Assembly: GCF_022045235.1 (NCBI RefSeq)
Contig: NW_027266266.1
Coordinates: forward strand, 186,001-250,000
Origin: Haliotis cracherodii
Taxonomy: Eukaryota
Direction of reading: 5' to 3'
DNA: 64,000 bases
How positions within the stretch are numbered: position 1 is the stretch's first letter; each line of letters starts with the position of its first letter. The notes beneath the pieces were generated by a model, which was not told the origin of the DNA, did not search any database, and saw nothing but the letters and a program-made list of their open reading frames with translations. Shown here one piece after another: positions 33,101 to 45,851 of the stretch. The translations under genes were made by a program, and so were the position numbers.

Positions 33101-36100
33101 GGGGTCCATTCTTACCTTGATCCAAAGATGATATTGCAGATGATGTTAGATGTAGCCAGGGCCAGGTATTTATGCACCTGTATCGGTTTGTTCTCATTGT
33201 CAGACAGGATCCCCATGATGACCTCCACCTCATCTTGCACCTTCTCTTCTGTGGTCGACTTCCCCATACCGAAGTCTCTCATCGCGTGGAGGCTCATTCG
33301 CCGGAGATCTTTCCATTGCTGTCCGTTGCTTAAGATGACCCCTGAAACAGCGTACCGGGTAAAGATGATCATCTTCCTGAGGCAAGGTAGTTGGCTGACT
33401 ATAAAAGTACAGTTTCCACCCTTGCCTAACTAGGCTGCAATTATGGACTTACATTTTTGCTGGATTAACGAGTCTTTTCATAGTCCAATCAAAACAAACT
33501 AGACATCCGGTTCGTAAACAACATGGATTTCAACTTGCAGATTTCGGTCGAAGGCATGTGTACCGCCAACTGGGCGTCGACAGATATTTTACAAATCCTT
33601 TATGCTTTTAATCACGGTGCTCACGCGATTTGATGCACTTCGCATGGCAAGACCTAGTTTAATTACAATATAGATCTCGATTATCGATCAGATCGTCTTG
33701 ACTGGGTCCGCCATTTTGTTTGAAGCAAATGCAAGTGATATGAGAGATGGAATCTGATTGGTCAATAGGAGAAACATAGAAAGGACATAACTCCTAATAG
33801 CCACTGGTGGCGCTTTGATCGAGCTTGGAAATTCCAGCCCAGTTCGGCAAGGGTGGAAACTGGACTTCTTTTGACAGTCAAAGCCCTTGCCTCGGGAAGA
33901 TGACAGATGATATGCCTGCTTAACTTTAAACATTTGTTTATATTTAGTGTATGTTATAAACCTTCATGATCATCCTGACAATGAATATCAGAGAGTGTTT
34001 AGAGGCAGATATGTACAGTTGATATAGTTCGTTGGTAACTAACCAGTCTTTCACTCACTCACTCACTCATTAGGATTTTTAACTCCACTCTTTATCTGGT
34101 TGGATGTCAAATTGACAAACAATCCTCCGGATGGCGTCACTGTGATGCAGACTCCACTCTGTTAGTTAACGTTTAGACCCCTGAAGATCCGGGAGGGAAT
34201 AGGTCTTCAAAAATCACTGCTTGCTGTACAAGGCGACCATGCTTGTTGATAGAGGCGACCACAGGGATCGGGTGGTCAGGCTCGCTGTCTTGGTTGATGC
34301 ATGTCCGTATCCCAATTGCGTAGATCGATGCTCATGATGTCAATCACAGGATTGTCTGGTCCAGACTCGATTATTTACAGATCGCCGTCATATAGCTAGA
34401 ATATTGCGTAGTGCGGCGTTAAACAAGAAACGAACAAAACAAAGGTGAACGTTTATGATTCGCCACTTTACCGACTGTCTGCACACATTCATAACCTTGA
34501 AATCCCATTGTTTTGTCAGCAACCAATCACGGCCATCTCTTACCCTTCGTGCGCTACTGGCACGCAGCGTCCCGTCATGGCATTGCTTTTACAACACAAC
34601 GCTTTCCCATCATAATAAGTACTCCGTTATACGGCTGACCAACTCATGCTCATATTCCCACTGTGTACATATTCCACGAATATGTTGTGCCTCCACCTCA
34701 TTTACCCCACACCCTCATGAAAGTACATTTACACCTGATGGCAAATCACTTAAGTGATGTTCAACCTGTATTGTCTCACCTGTGATTACATCATAACTAG
34801 TGCAGTAGTTACAGATACAAAGCTAATCTTTAAAAGTGAGCGAGTGAGTATTTTTTACGCCTTTTTAGCAATATTCCAGCAATATCACGGCGGGGGACAC
34901 CAGAAATGGGTAATTTAAAAAAAAGATTTATTAGAGATGATATTACAATATAACATCAATAACAAATATACACATATTGAAGAGTAAAGGGTTATCCATA
35001 TAACATACGTCTACGTCTGTGTAACATTCGGTAGCAGGTTTTGGCATTGAAATAACTTACATCACAATTATGCAGAATAAAACACAACTTATCATCATTG
35101 CAGAAAGTACTACAATCTGTATCATATACTGACAGTTTTCTGACAGGAGGTTCCTCAGATCCTCGTAGAGGGGGCAAAATAAAAGAACATGATTCATTTT
35201 CTATTTTCTGTAATTAAAAGACTCCACTTTTTATGAAATATTTTCAAAACGCCCAGTTTCTATTTTTATCGGCGCTACACCACATCTAAACTTGGCTAAA
35301 GCTGAACGGTATCTTTTAGGCAAATATACCATTCATGTCACAATCAAATGTCGTAGCAGATTATTTTCAGTTCCATATTCTGTCTCAGTTAATGTTTCCC
35401 TTGCCTTCCATTTTCCTGTATAATTTCAGTCCATTTGTTTAGATGTTCCTTCATTCGTACCGTCCCACCTCATCACACACAGACTTCTTGACACTATGGC
35501 CTTCATTACATACCGTCCCACCTCATCACACACAGACTTCCTGACACTATGGCCTTCATTACACACCGTCCCACCTCATCACACACAGACTTCTTGACAC
35601 TATGGCCTTCATTACATACCGTCCCACCTCATCCCACACAGACTTCTTGACACTATGGCCTTCATTACATACCGTCCCACCTCATCACACACAGACTTCC
35701 TGACACTATGGCCTTCATTACACACCGTCCCACCTCATCCCACACAGACTTCTTGACACTATGGCCTTCATTACACACCGTCCCACCTCATCACACACAG
35801 ACTTCTTGACACTATGGCCTTCATTACACACTGTCCCACCTCATCCCACACAGACTTCTTGACACTATGGCCTTCATTACACACCGTCCGACCTCATCAC
35901 ACAGACTTCTTGACACTATGGCCTTCATTACACACTGTCCCACCTCATCACACACAGACTTCCTGACACTATGGCCTTCATTACATACCGTCCCACCTCA
36001 TCACACACAGACTTCTTGACACTATGGCCTTCATTACACACCGTCCCACCTCATCACACACAGACTTCTTGACACTATGGCCTTCATTACACACCGTCCC

Positions 36101-39100
36101 ACCTCATCACACAGACTTCCTGACACTATGGCCTGCGTTCAGTAGGCTTACCGCTGATAGTTTATCCACCACTCTCTTTCTGTTTACAGCATGACGTTCT
36201 GCCCACTTACGTGTGGTTCTGTTAGGCCTGGGGGAACGGGTGGCCCAGTCGTCTAAGGCGCCGTAATTCGCTGTGCAGAGTTGCGTCCCTTGGGCACGCC
36301 AGACCCTATGATTGTGGGTTCGATATCGCGGTTCGCCCCAATTATGATTCTAGGTTTGTCAGCGCCATACCCGTGCTCGTGGGTTTCACCGAAGTGGGTT
36401 TCACCGAAGTGGTAAACGTCTGAGACCCGCATCTCTTCGGGCTTTCCTCCCACATTAAGCTGTCACGTCGCAATATAACTGTAATACTGTTTAAAGCGGC
36501 TTTAAACCCAACTCACTCACCTATGTGGCATCATCTTGAATCTACACCATTGTGTTGTAATGCTCTTCAACTGTCGAACTATGGGAGGTACCCATCCTGT
36601 CTCCCCAGTCACTGCTGCGTTAGGTGCATACCTTCCTAATCCCAGGAAGTACCTGATCGCTTGACTCTGTACCACATACAAGATATATCTGAAGTCCCCA
36701 TAAGGCCACCCCGTAGTTCAGGGTTGACCATACCATGCTGTCATGATGTGTAAAGGAGTTGAAAGGGATACCACCCAATGCTTTTGTTTTTTGCTATTAA
36801 TAGTCCCAAAGGTCTACTAGCAGTATTCCCGCCATGGCCCAGACAGTTACATTACTGAGTGGCAGTCTCTATCTTCACGCTGTTGGTGTACAGCGGGTGT
36901 TGCGTTCTCTGAACTGACGGGTTTCTGAAGTGTACAACCTTCTCTTCTGCTTATTCTGATCACGCAGTGATTAGTAGTATATGTGTAGGCATGCGTGATG
37001 ATTGGCTGTCATTCCCACATACCGCGTGCTAGCCACGTGATCAACACACCTACTACTATATCACCCAGGCTCTTTGAGTCAATATTTCAATCCACGCTCT
37101 AAATTAAACGCTTTATGGAAAACGCTGTCATCGACGTTCATGGCCCAAATTGTCACACCTACTCATCCTGACATCAGTCACACCTACTCACCCTGACATC
37201 AGTCACACCTACTCATCCTGACATCAGTCACACCTACTCACCCTGACATCAGCCACACCTACTCACCCTGACATCAGTCACACCTACTCATCCTGACATC
37301 AGTTACACCACCTCATCCTGACATCAGTTACACCACCTCATCCTGACATCAGTCACAACACCTCATCCTGACATCAGTCACACCTACTCATCCTGACATC
37401 AGTTACACCTACTCACCCTGACATCAGTCACACCTACTCACCCTGAGATCAGTCACACCTACTCATCCTGACATCAGTTACACCTACTCACCCTGACATC
37501 AGTCACACCTACTCACCCTGACATCAGTTACACCTACTCACCCTGACATCAGTCACACCTACTCAACCTGAAATCAGTCACACCTACTCAACCTGAAATC
37601 AGTCACACCTACTCACCCTGAAATCAGTCACACCTACTCACCCTGACATCAGTTACACCTACTCACCCTGAAATCAGTTACACCTACTCACTCTGACATC
37701 AGTCACACCTACTCATCCTGACATCAGTCACACCTACTCACCCTGACATCAGTCGCACCTACTCACCCTGAAATCAGTTACACCTACTCACCCTGACATC
37801 AGTCATACCTACTCACCCTGACATCAGTCACACCTACTCACCCTGACATCAGTCACACCTACTCACCCTGACATCAGTCACACCTACTCACCCTGACATC
37901 AGTCACACCTACTCACCCTGACATCAGTCACACCTACTCACCCTGACATCAGTTACACCTACTCACCCTGAGATCAGTCACACCTACTTACCCTGAAATC
38001 AGTCACACCTACTCACCCTGAGATCAGTCACACCTACTCACCCTGAAATCAATACCACCTTACCCTGAGATCAGTCACACCTACTTACCCTGAGATCAGT
38101 CACATCTACTTACCCTGAGATCAGTCACACCTACTCACCCTGAAATCAATACCACCTCACCCTGACATCAGTCACACCTACTCACCCTGCAGTCAGTCAC
38201 ACCTACTTACCCTGAAATCAGTAACACCTACTCACCCTGACATCAGTCCCACCTCACCCTGAAATCAGTCACACCTACTCACCCTGAAATCAGTCACACC
38301 TACTCACCCTGAGATCAGTCACACCTCACCCTGACACAAGTTACACCTATTCACCCTGAAATCAGTCACACCTACTCACCCTGACATCAGTCACACCTAC
38401 TCATCCTGACATCAGTCACACCTACTCACCCTTAGATCAGTCACACCTACTTACCCTGAGATCAGTCGCACCTACTCACCCTGAGATCAGTCACACCTAC
38501 TCACCCTGACATCAGTCACACCTACTCACCCTGAGATCAGTCACACCTACTCACCCTGAAATCAATACCACCTTACCCTGAAATCAGTCACACCTACTCT
38601 CCCTAAAATCAGCCACACCTACTCACCCTAAGATCAGTCATACCTCACCCTGCCATCAGCCACAACTACTCACTCTGAAATCAGTACCACCTACTCACCC
38701 TGAGATCAGTCACACCTACACACCCTGAAATCAGTACCACCTTACCCTGAAATCAGTCACACCTACTCACCCTGAGATCAGTCACACCTACTCTCCCTAA
38801 AATCAGTTACACCTACTCACCCTGCCATCAGCCACAACTACTCACTCTGAAATCAGTACCACCTTACCCTAAAATCAGCCACACCTCACCCTGTCATCAG
38901 TCACACCTACTCATCCTGACATCAGTTACACCTCACCCTGAAATCAGTTACACCTCACCCTGAAATCAGTTACACCTCACCCTGAAATCAGTTACACCTC
39001 ACCCTGAAATCAGTTACACCAACTCACCCGTTCCTATTTTCTGGGTGAGGAGCAGGAAGTCGGGTCGGTCGCTGAACACATCCGCTCGCTTCATGAGCAC

Positions 39101-39370
39101 CTCCTGTATCCGGGCATAGCCGCTCACCACCACGATGTGAAGCCTGCCGAACGTCAGACTGAAGACGTCGCCCAATTCCACCGCCTGCTTCATGAAGGCC
39201 TCTGGAAGCCTGCCTCTGTTGGCACTCAGCTGCAACATGTTCCCCACCACCGGCAGCCCACGTGGTGACGGGGGTGGGTTCTCGGCACGAGTCAGGACAT
39301 TGTAGATTATTACAAAGGCCACAAGAAACACCAGCACAGTCGGCAGATCGAGGTATTCCAACAAGCCCAT
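23503..39370 (-). CDS. Cytochrome P450, CYP2 clan, 8 coding exons, 488 aa
   Basis: Exons 39370-39028, 33341-33116, 30506-30380, 30258-30102, 29602-29466, 26716-26620, 24793-24590, 23678-23503. All introns are GT-AG and phase-consistent (1467 nt). Motifs: N-terminal TM plus PPSPRGLPVVGN, WKDLRR, I-helix AGTETS, K-helix EIQR, NPDRF, heme motif FSAGPRVCAG. Confidence 0.92.
23692..23945. repeat. ~17-bp AT-rich tandem repeat next to the CYP exon 8 acceptor
   Basis: GAATATATCATCC(A/G)TT-like units. Confidence 0.85.
24078..24606. repeat. 60/46-bp tandem repeat copying the CYP exon 7 end and splice donor
   Basis: Minus-strand units contain CCCTTCTCTGCTG|GTAA. Confidence 0.9.
24935..26640. repeat. 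54-bp minisatellite (~31 units) derived from the CYP exon 6 end and splice donor
   Basis: Unit GTCACTCTTACCTATGGTGG(T/A)TATTGTCCGTATCTTAGTGTAGATTTAACATAA. Confidence 0.95.
27105..27957 (+). pseudogene. Tc1-family DDE transposase remnant (intronic)
   Basis: VLFSNESRF, DNARPHTAR and WPSLSPDLKPIEYLWD motifs with frameshifts and stops. Confidence 0.85.
29250..29408 (-). mobile_element. tRNA-derived SINE (family B)
   Basis: Minus head GGGGCGGTCGGATAGCCTGGTGGTTAAAGCGTTCGCTCG and (ACTC)n tail. Copies at ~34835-34910, 49545-49703, 51095-51243 (-), and a related head at ~59015(+). Confidence 0.75.
30586..32562. repeat. 51-bp minisatellite, ~39 units (CYP intron 2)
   Basis: Unit ACTAACATGTACCCGTACAACAGGCTCCAGGGTAGGAAGGACTCAATCTAC. 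Confidence 0.95.
35459..36134. repeat. 53-bp minisatellite, ~13 units
   Basis: Unit ACCGTCCCACCTCATCACACACAGACTTCTTGACACTATGGCCTTCATTACA(T/C). Confidence 0.95.
37152..39027. repeat. 25/22-bp minisatellite starting at the CYP exon 1 splice donor
   Basis: Unit GTCACACCTACTCACCCTGACATCA. The minus strand contains CAGG|GTGAGT in most units. Confidence 0.95.
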
Positions 39371-39574
39371 GACTGCTGCCCTGGGTCAGCGCACTGTGCC
39401 CGTGTCATGTGACGAAACACAAGGAGGCAGATAACAATACCCTGGTTCAGTAAGTGGGTTGTCGCGGTTGTCATGGCTGTGGCTGGGGACACTTGGTGGA
39501 GATGGAAAATACTGGGGTGAAGAATGAGATGGGGAGAGGGGTGGACACAGCGTACCCAGGGAACTAGGCCGGGC

Positions 39575-42348
39575 GGAGAGAGAGTTGGAGAGAGTGGTGG
39601 AGAGAGAGAGTTGGAGAGCGTGGTGGAGACAGAGAGAGTTGGAGAGAGTGGTGGAGAGAGAGAGAGTTGGAGAGAGTGGTGGAGAGAGAGTTGGAGAGAG
39701 TGGTGGAGAGAGAGAGTTGGAGAGAGTGGTGGAGAGAGAGAGAGTTGGAGAGAGTGGTGGAGAGAGACAGTTGGAGAGAGTGGTGGAGAGAGAGAGAGTT
39801 GGAGAGAGTGGTGGAGAGAGAGAGAGTTGGAGAGAGTGGTGGAGAGAGACAGTTGGAGAGAGTGGTGGAGAGAGAGAGAGTTGGAGAGAGTGGTGGAGAG
39901 AGACAGTTGGAGAGAGTGGTGGAGAGAGAGAGAGTTGGAGAGAGTGGTGGAGAGAGACAGTTGGAGAGAGTGGTGGAGAGAGACAGTTGGAGAGAGTGGT
40001 GGAGAGAGACAGTTGGAGAGAGTGGTGGAGAGAGAGAGAGTTGGAGAGAGTGGTGGAGAGAGAGACAGTTGGAGAGAGTGGTGGAGAGAGAGAGAGTTGG
40101 AGAGAGTGGTGGAGAGAGAGAGAGTTGGAGAGAGTGGTGGAGAGAGACAGTTGGAGAGAGTGGTGGAGAGAGAGACAGTTGGAGAGAGTGGTGGAGAGAG
40201 AGACAGTTGGAGAGAGTGGTGGAGAGAGACAGTTGGAGAGAGTGGTGGAGAGAGAGAGTTGGAGAGAGTGGTGGAGAGAGAGAGAGTTGGAGAGCGTGGT
40301 GGAGAGAGAGAGAGTTGGAGAGAGTGGTGGAGAGAGACAGTTGGAGAGCGTGGTGGAGAGACAGAGAGTTGGAGAGAGTGGTGGAGAGAGAGAGAGTTGG
40401 AGAGAGTGGTGGAGAGAGACAGTTGGAGAGCGTGGTGGAGAGAGAGAGAGTTGGAGAGAGTGGTGGAGAGAGACAGTTGGAGAGAGTGGTGGAGAGAGAG
40501 AGTTGGAGAGAGTGGTGGAGAGAGAGAAAGTTGGAGAGCGTGGTGGAGAGAGAGAGAGTTGGAGAGAGTGGTGGAGAGAGAGAGAGTTGGAGAGAGTGGT
40601 GGAGAGAGAGAGAGTTGGAGAGAGTGGTGGAGAGAGAGAGAGTTGGAGAGAGTGGTGGAGAGAGACAGTTGGAGAGCGTGGTGGAGAGACAGAGAGTTGG
40701 AGAGAGTGGTGGAGAGAGAGAGAGTTGGAGAGAGTGGTGGAGAGAGACAGTTGGAGAGAGTGGTGGAGAGAGAGAGAGTTGGAGAGAGTGGTGGAGAGAG
40801 ACAGTTGGAGAGAGTGGTGGAGAGAGAGAGTTGGAGAGAGTGGTGGAGAGAGAGAGAGTTGGAGAGAGTGGTGGAGAGAGAGAGAGTTGGAGAGAGTGGT
40901 GGAGAGAGAGAGAGTTGGAGAGAGTGGTGGAGAGAGAGAGAGTTGGAGAGAGTGGTGGAGAGAGACAGTTGGAGAGAGTGGTGGAGAGAGAGAGAGTTGG
41001 AGAGAGTGGTGGAGAGAGACAGTTGGAGAGAGTGGTGGAGAGAGAGAGAGTTGGAGAGAGTGGTGGAGAGAGACAGTTGGAGAGAGTGGTGGAGAGAGAC
41101 AGTTGGAGAGAGTGGTGGAGAGAGACAGTTGGAGAGAGTGGTGGAGAGAGAGAGAGTTGGAGAGAGTGGTGGAGAGAGAGACAGTTGGAGAGAGTGGTGG
41201 AGAGAGAGAGAGTTGGAGAGAGTGGTGGAGAGAGAGAGAGTTGGAGAGAGTGGTGGAGAGAGACAGTTGGAGAGAGTGGTGGAGAGAGAGACAGTTGGAG
41301 AGAGTGGTGGAGAGAGAGAGAGTTGGAGAGAGTGGTGGAGAGAGACAGTTGGAGAGAGTGGTGGAGAGAGAGAGTTGGAGAGAGTGGTGGAGAGAGAGAG
41401 AGTTGGAGAGCGTGGTGGAGAGAGAGAGAGTTGGAGAGAGTGGTGGAGAGAGACAGTTGGAGAGCGTGGTGGAGAGACAGAGAGTTGGAGAGAGTGGTGG
41501 AGAGAGAGAGAGTTGGAGAGAGTGGTGGAGAGAGACAGTTGGAGAGCGTGGTGGAGAGAGAGAGAGTTGGAGAGAGTGGTGGAGAGAGACAGTTGGAGAG
41601 AGTGGTGGAGAGAGAGAGTTGGAGAGAGTGGTGGAGAGAGAGAAAGTTGGAGAGCGTGGTGGAGAGAGAGAGAGTTGGAGAGAGTGGTGGAGAGAGAGAG
41701 AGTTGGAGAGAGTGGTGGAGAGAGAGAGAGTTGGAGAGAGTGGTGGAGAGAGAGAGAGTTGGAGAGAGTGGTGGAGAGAGACAGTTGGAGAGCGTGGTGG
41801 AGAGACAGAGAGTTGGAGAGAGTGGTGGAGAGAGAGAGAGTTGGAGAGAGTGGTGGAGAGAGACAGTTGGAGAGAGTGGTGGAGAGAGAGAGAGTTGGAG
41901 AGAGTGGTGGAGAGAGACAGTTGGAGAGAGTGGTGGAGAGAGAGAGTTGGAGAGAGTGGTGGAGAGAGAGAAAGTTGGAGAGAGTGGTGGAGAGAGAGAG
42001 AGTTGGAGAGAGTGGTGGAGAGAGACAGTTGGAGAGAGTGGTGGAGAGAGAGAGAGTTGGAGAGAGTGGTGGAGAGAGACAGTTGGAGAGAGTCGTGGAG
42101 AGAGAGAGAGTTGGAAAGAGTGGTGGAGAGAGAGAGAGTTGGAGAGAGTGGTGGAGAGAGACAGTTGGAGAGAGTGGTGGAGAGAGAGAGTTGGAGAGAG
42201 TGGTGGAGAGAGAGAAAGTTGGAGAGCGTGGTGGAGAGAGAGAGAGTTGGAGAGAGTCGTGGAGAGAGAGAGAGTTGGAAAGAGTGGTGGAGAGAGAGAG
42301 AGTTAGAGAGAGTGGTGGAGAGAGAGAGAGTTGGAGAGAATGGTGGTG
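39575..42348. repeat. Purine-rich ~30-bp minisatellite (GAGA..GTTGGAGAGAGTGGTG)n, 2.8 kb
   Basis: Direct inspection. It is the source of the long spurious ORFs. Confidence 0.95.
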
Positions 42349-43499
42349 ACTCTTGGTCTGCCGGGGCTGACTGACGTCCATGGTACAATTGTTTGGTTGT
42401 TGTTTTTGTTTGTTGTTTCACGACGCACTCAGCAATATTCCAGCTATATTATGGCGGTCTGTAAATCGGGACCAGACAATCCAGTGATTAATACCGTGAG
42501 CATCGACCCACGCAACTGGGATACGACATGCATCAACCAAGTCAGCGACCCTGACCACCCGATCCCGTTAGTCGCCTCTTACTGAAGTCGAATGCAGGGC
42601 AGATCTTCACGGGTTCCATGGTGGGATTAACCGACGTTACACTGCCCAGAACAGCACCGGAATGTTCAGGTTAAATGCGAGATGTCCTGGCAATTAAACC
42701 ATTCCATGTCAAAATTAATTCCCATGGTTAAGAAGAGTATTTTAGTAAGCATCGTTAAACCAAATGTATTTCTATATGTAGTAGATCTTTAAATCAGTAT
42801 CGTTTGGTAAAAGTCTAGAGTCCTTGAATATATTATGGATTCCAAGGTAAAATGTGTATTTCATAAAAAATCACTGACTTTGTTTTTTATGAAATGTGGA
42901 ATATTAGATTACTTACAATGTTGAAACAATGTCAGATATCAACGTTTTCTTTTTCAAATCTGGAAAGGCCAATGTTGACACTATGTATTTCAACGCAGCA
43001 GCATCAGATCATTCAAATGTCAACGTGGAAACAATGCCTGGTGCCCCCAGAGTCGGGAGTCTGTAAAAACTGATTGGAAACTTTCAAAAAATTTAACCTG
43101 GCAAATGAAAGTATACCGTGCTTGTTTTTTATGTCATTGAAAATTAAGAGAACTTTTCTTGAATATGAATATGTCTATTTCACCATTATTCATTTGGTAC
43201 AGGCAAACAGTAACCTCTGGCTAGGTAATGCAGGGTAATGCTGGGTAATATTAAATTGGTTCAATGAAGACTGGGGTTAGAAACGAAGATGCAATCACAC
43301 GCCCCCAACCATGTTTGAAATGTTGTATATTTGTGCCGAAAAAGCAAAACTTATTTATTTACAAAGATTCTACCATACGCATCAGTAGTAACTATTGTGT
43401 ATTATGCTATTGTTTATTCATTTTTAAAAGTTAGTTATCTAATTATATTTTTAAAAAAAACATAAAACCATGTAGACGTATTGTTTGAATGCTGACTTA

Positions 43500-43929
43500 G
43501 CGCCAGTACAGTTCATTGTTTGAATACAACATCGCCAACAGTTCATTGTTTGAATACAACATCGCCAACAGTTCATTGTTTGAATACAACATCGCCAACA
43601 GTTCATTGTTTGAATACATCATCGCCAACAGTTCATTGTTTGAATACAACATCGCCAACAGTTCATTGTTTGAATACAACATCGCCAACAGTTCATTGTT
43701 TGAATACAACATCGCCAACAGTTCATTGTTTGAATACAACATCGCCAACAGTTCATTGTTTGAATACAACATCGCCAACAGTTCATTGTTTGAATACAAC
43801 ATCGCCAACAGTTCATTGTTTGAATACAACATCGCCAACAGTTCATTGTTTGAATACAACATCGCCAACAGTTCATTGTTTGAATACAACATCGCCAACA
43901 GTTCATTGTTTGAATACAGCATCGCCAAC
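43500..43929. repeat. Near-perfect 30-bp minisatellite, ~14 units
   Basis: Unit ACAGTTCATTGTTTGAATACAACATCGCCA. Confidence 0.95.
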
Positions 43930-45686
43930 TTCAACTGAACACCAGACATAAGATAAAATCAACGAAGCGGGATAGGTCCATTTGACTTCTTCAGTTTATT
44001 TATTGTTTCATAATTATTAATGAAAGAATTTGAAACTTACCAAAATACATTGCTTCAGTGTGGCACTTTTTATTTTTCAGTTGGAAGACTATTTCTTGCT
44101 CATTCAAGCCCTTGCCTGGAGTTGATAACTGTCAATGAATATTGACGAAGATACAATTATATATCATTCAGAGGTATCTACTCGTGTCTACCACATGGGT
44201 TGGTAAAACCGACATATGCTGGATTCGGAAGCTTTCACAGTTTCCAGGGATAATTAACAATGACAACGACGCAATTCAGGGACTTAGAAAACGTACGACG
44301 CCATGATAACGAGTTTACACTGAAACTAGCCAGGTGTTTTCATCACCGTTATCAAGCTGGAGTTGTTATCCATGAAGTTCTACGTGTTCTTATTTACTCA
44401 GCAACGTCCAGAATGCGAATCAAGTCGTTAGTTCGAGGATTGTCGAGCCTGTACTTGGTACGCTAAGCTCTACATGGCGATTGTTATAGTGATTATTGAC
44501 GCGTGTTCACCAAGCTGTCATACAACGTACTGTGGTGACGTGTGTCCATACACCGCACTGGGGTGACGAATCAATGCGTGTATTATGTGTACAATACAAT
44601 GTCAGCGTACACCAGTAGAGCCTTTTGCCTGGATCGGTAGAGACACCGCCGACAAAACGCTGCTACTTGCACCATCCTCAACATCATGTTACGTGTACAA
44701 CGTCATCATATTCCGAGCACTGCGCTTAAGGTGAGAACGATTGTCCCAGAAAGATGAGGAATGGAGTGTGGTTTAACATCATCAGCATTGTGTCCTGACG
44801 ACTGAATTTGCGAGGACAGCCTCACGTACGACGTGGACGTCTACGGCTTCAGCGAAACCCACGAGAACGGGTAGGTTTGGGTAGATCAAATGAACATCTA
44901 AACCACGCTGTCTTTTGGAACTAACTGTTAACTGCGCATGTCCATGTATGTGTTCTATAACCTGACTGCTGCACCAGGGTGTTTCCAGTTAATGGCTGAT
45001 ACTGCTAGACCGCCTCCTGGTGAAGCGATAATGAATAGGGAGTCTGCCCGGAGAGCGGAAGGTCAATGGTTCGATCGTCACTGTTACTTGTTGTTACCCT
45101 GCCTGGAGCTCGTCATTAACGGCTGGTCGGCTCTGAGTCAGTTTACTGTGTCTTAGTGGGGTATTCATATATGGGGTATATATATTCATTAATACATATA
45201 ATATTTTTTTTGTATTTTGAAAATACGTAATACATTCACATACCACTATCGAACTCATATGAAAAGAAATTGTACTCTTGGCCAGGTGGTCTTCAATACA
45301 GATTCTCTCTCCCCTCTCTCCTTTCGACCGCCTCCGTGGTCTAGTGGTAGAGCGTCCACCCGGAATGCGGAAGGAAGGGCTAAAACAAGGACTGGTCGGC
45401 TCGGAGTCAGTATACTGTGTCTCAGTGGGCTAGCACTATAAATCGGCATCAGTCCGGACTAGTACAAGCAGCCACACACACACGTGCCTGCACGTCGCTA
45501 TATAAGTGCAATAATCTTGGACGCGACGTTAAATCCAATTTCACCTCACCTCACCTCTCTCCTTTCTCTCTCTCTTTCTCCTCTCTCACTCCTCTGCTCT
45601 CGCTCTCTCCTCTCTGTCACACTCTCTCATCTCCCCTTTGCTCTCTCGTTCTCTCTTCCTCCCTCGCTCGATCTCTCTCTCTCTCA

Positions 45687-45747
<61 letters not shown>

Positions 45748-45851
45748 CCCCATCCCCACCCCCCCCACCCCCACCCCCCTCTCTCTGTGTGTCATACATA
45801 ACTTACATAAGAGCTCTTCAGAGAACCGTGATGTGTATTTCAGTGACCACC

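Noticed and set aside
39310-42421. ORFs of 880-1020 aa on both strands
   Set aside because: Translations of a stop-free GA-rich minisatellite, with no domain content.
45417-45851. N-terminal extension of the 581-aa glycosyltransferase ORF
   Set aside because: Consists of SINE and (CT)n intron sequence upstream of the acceptor at 45843.
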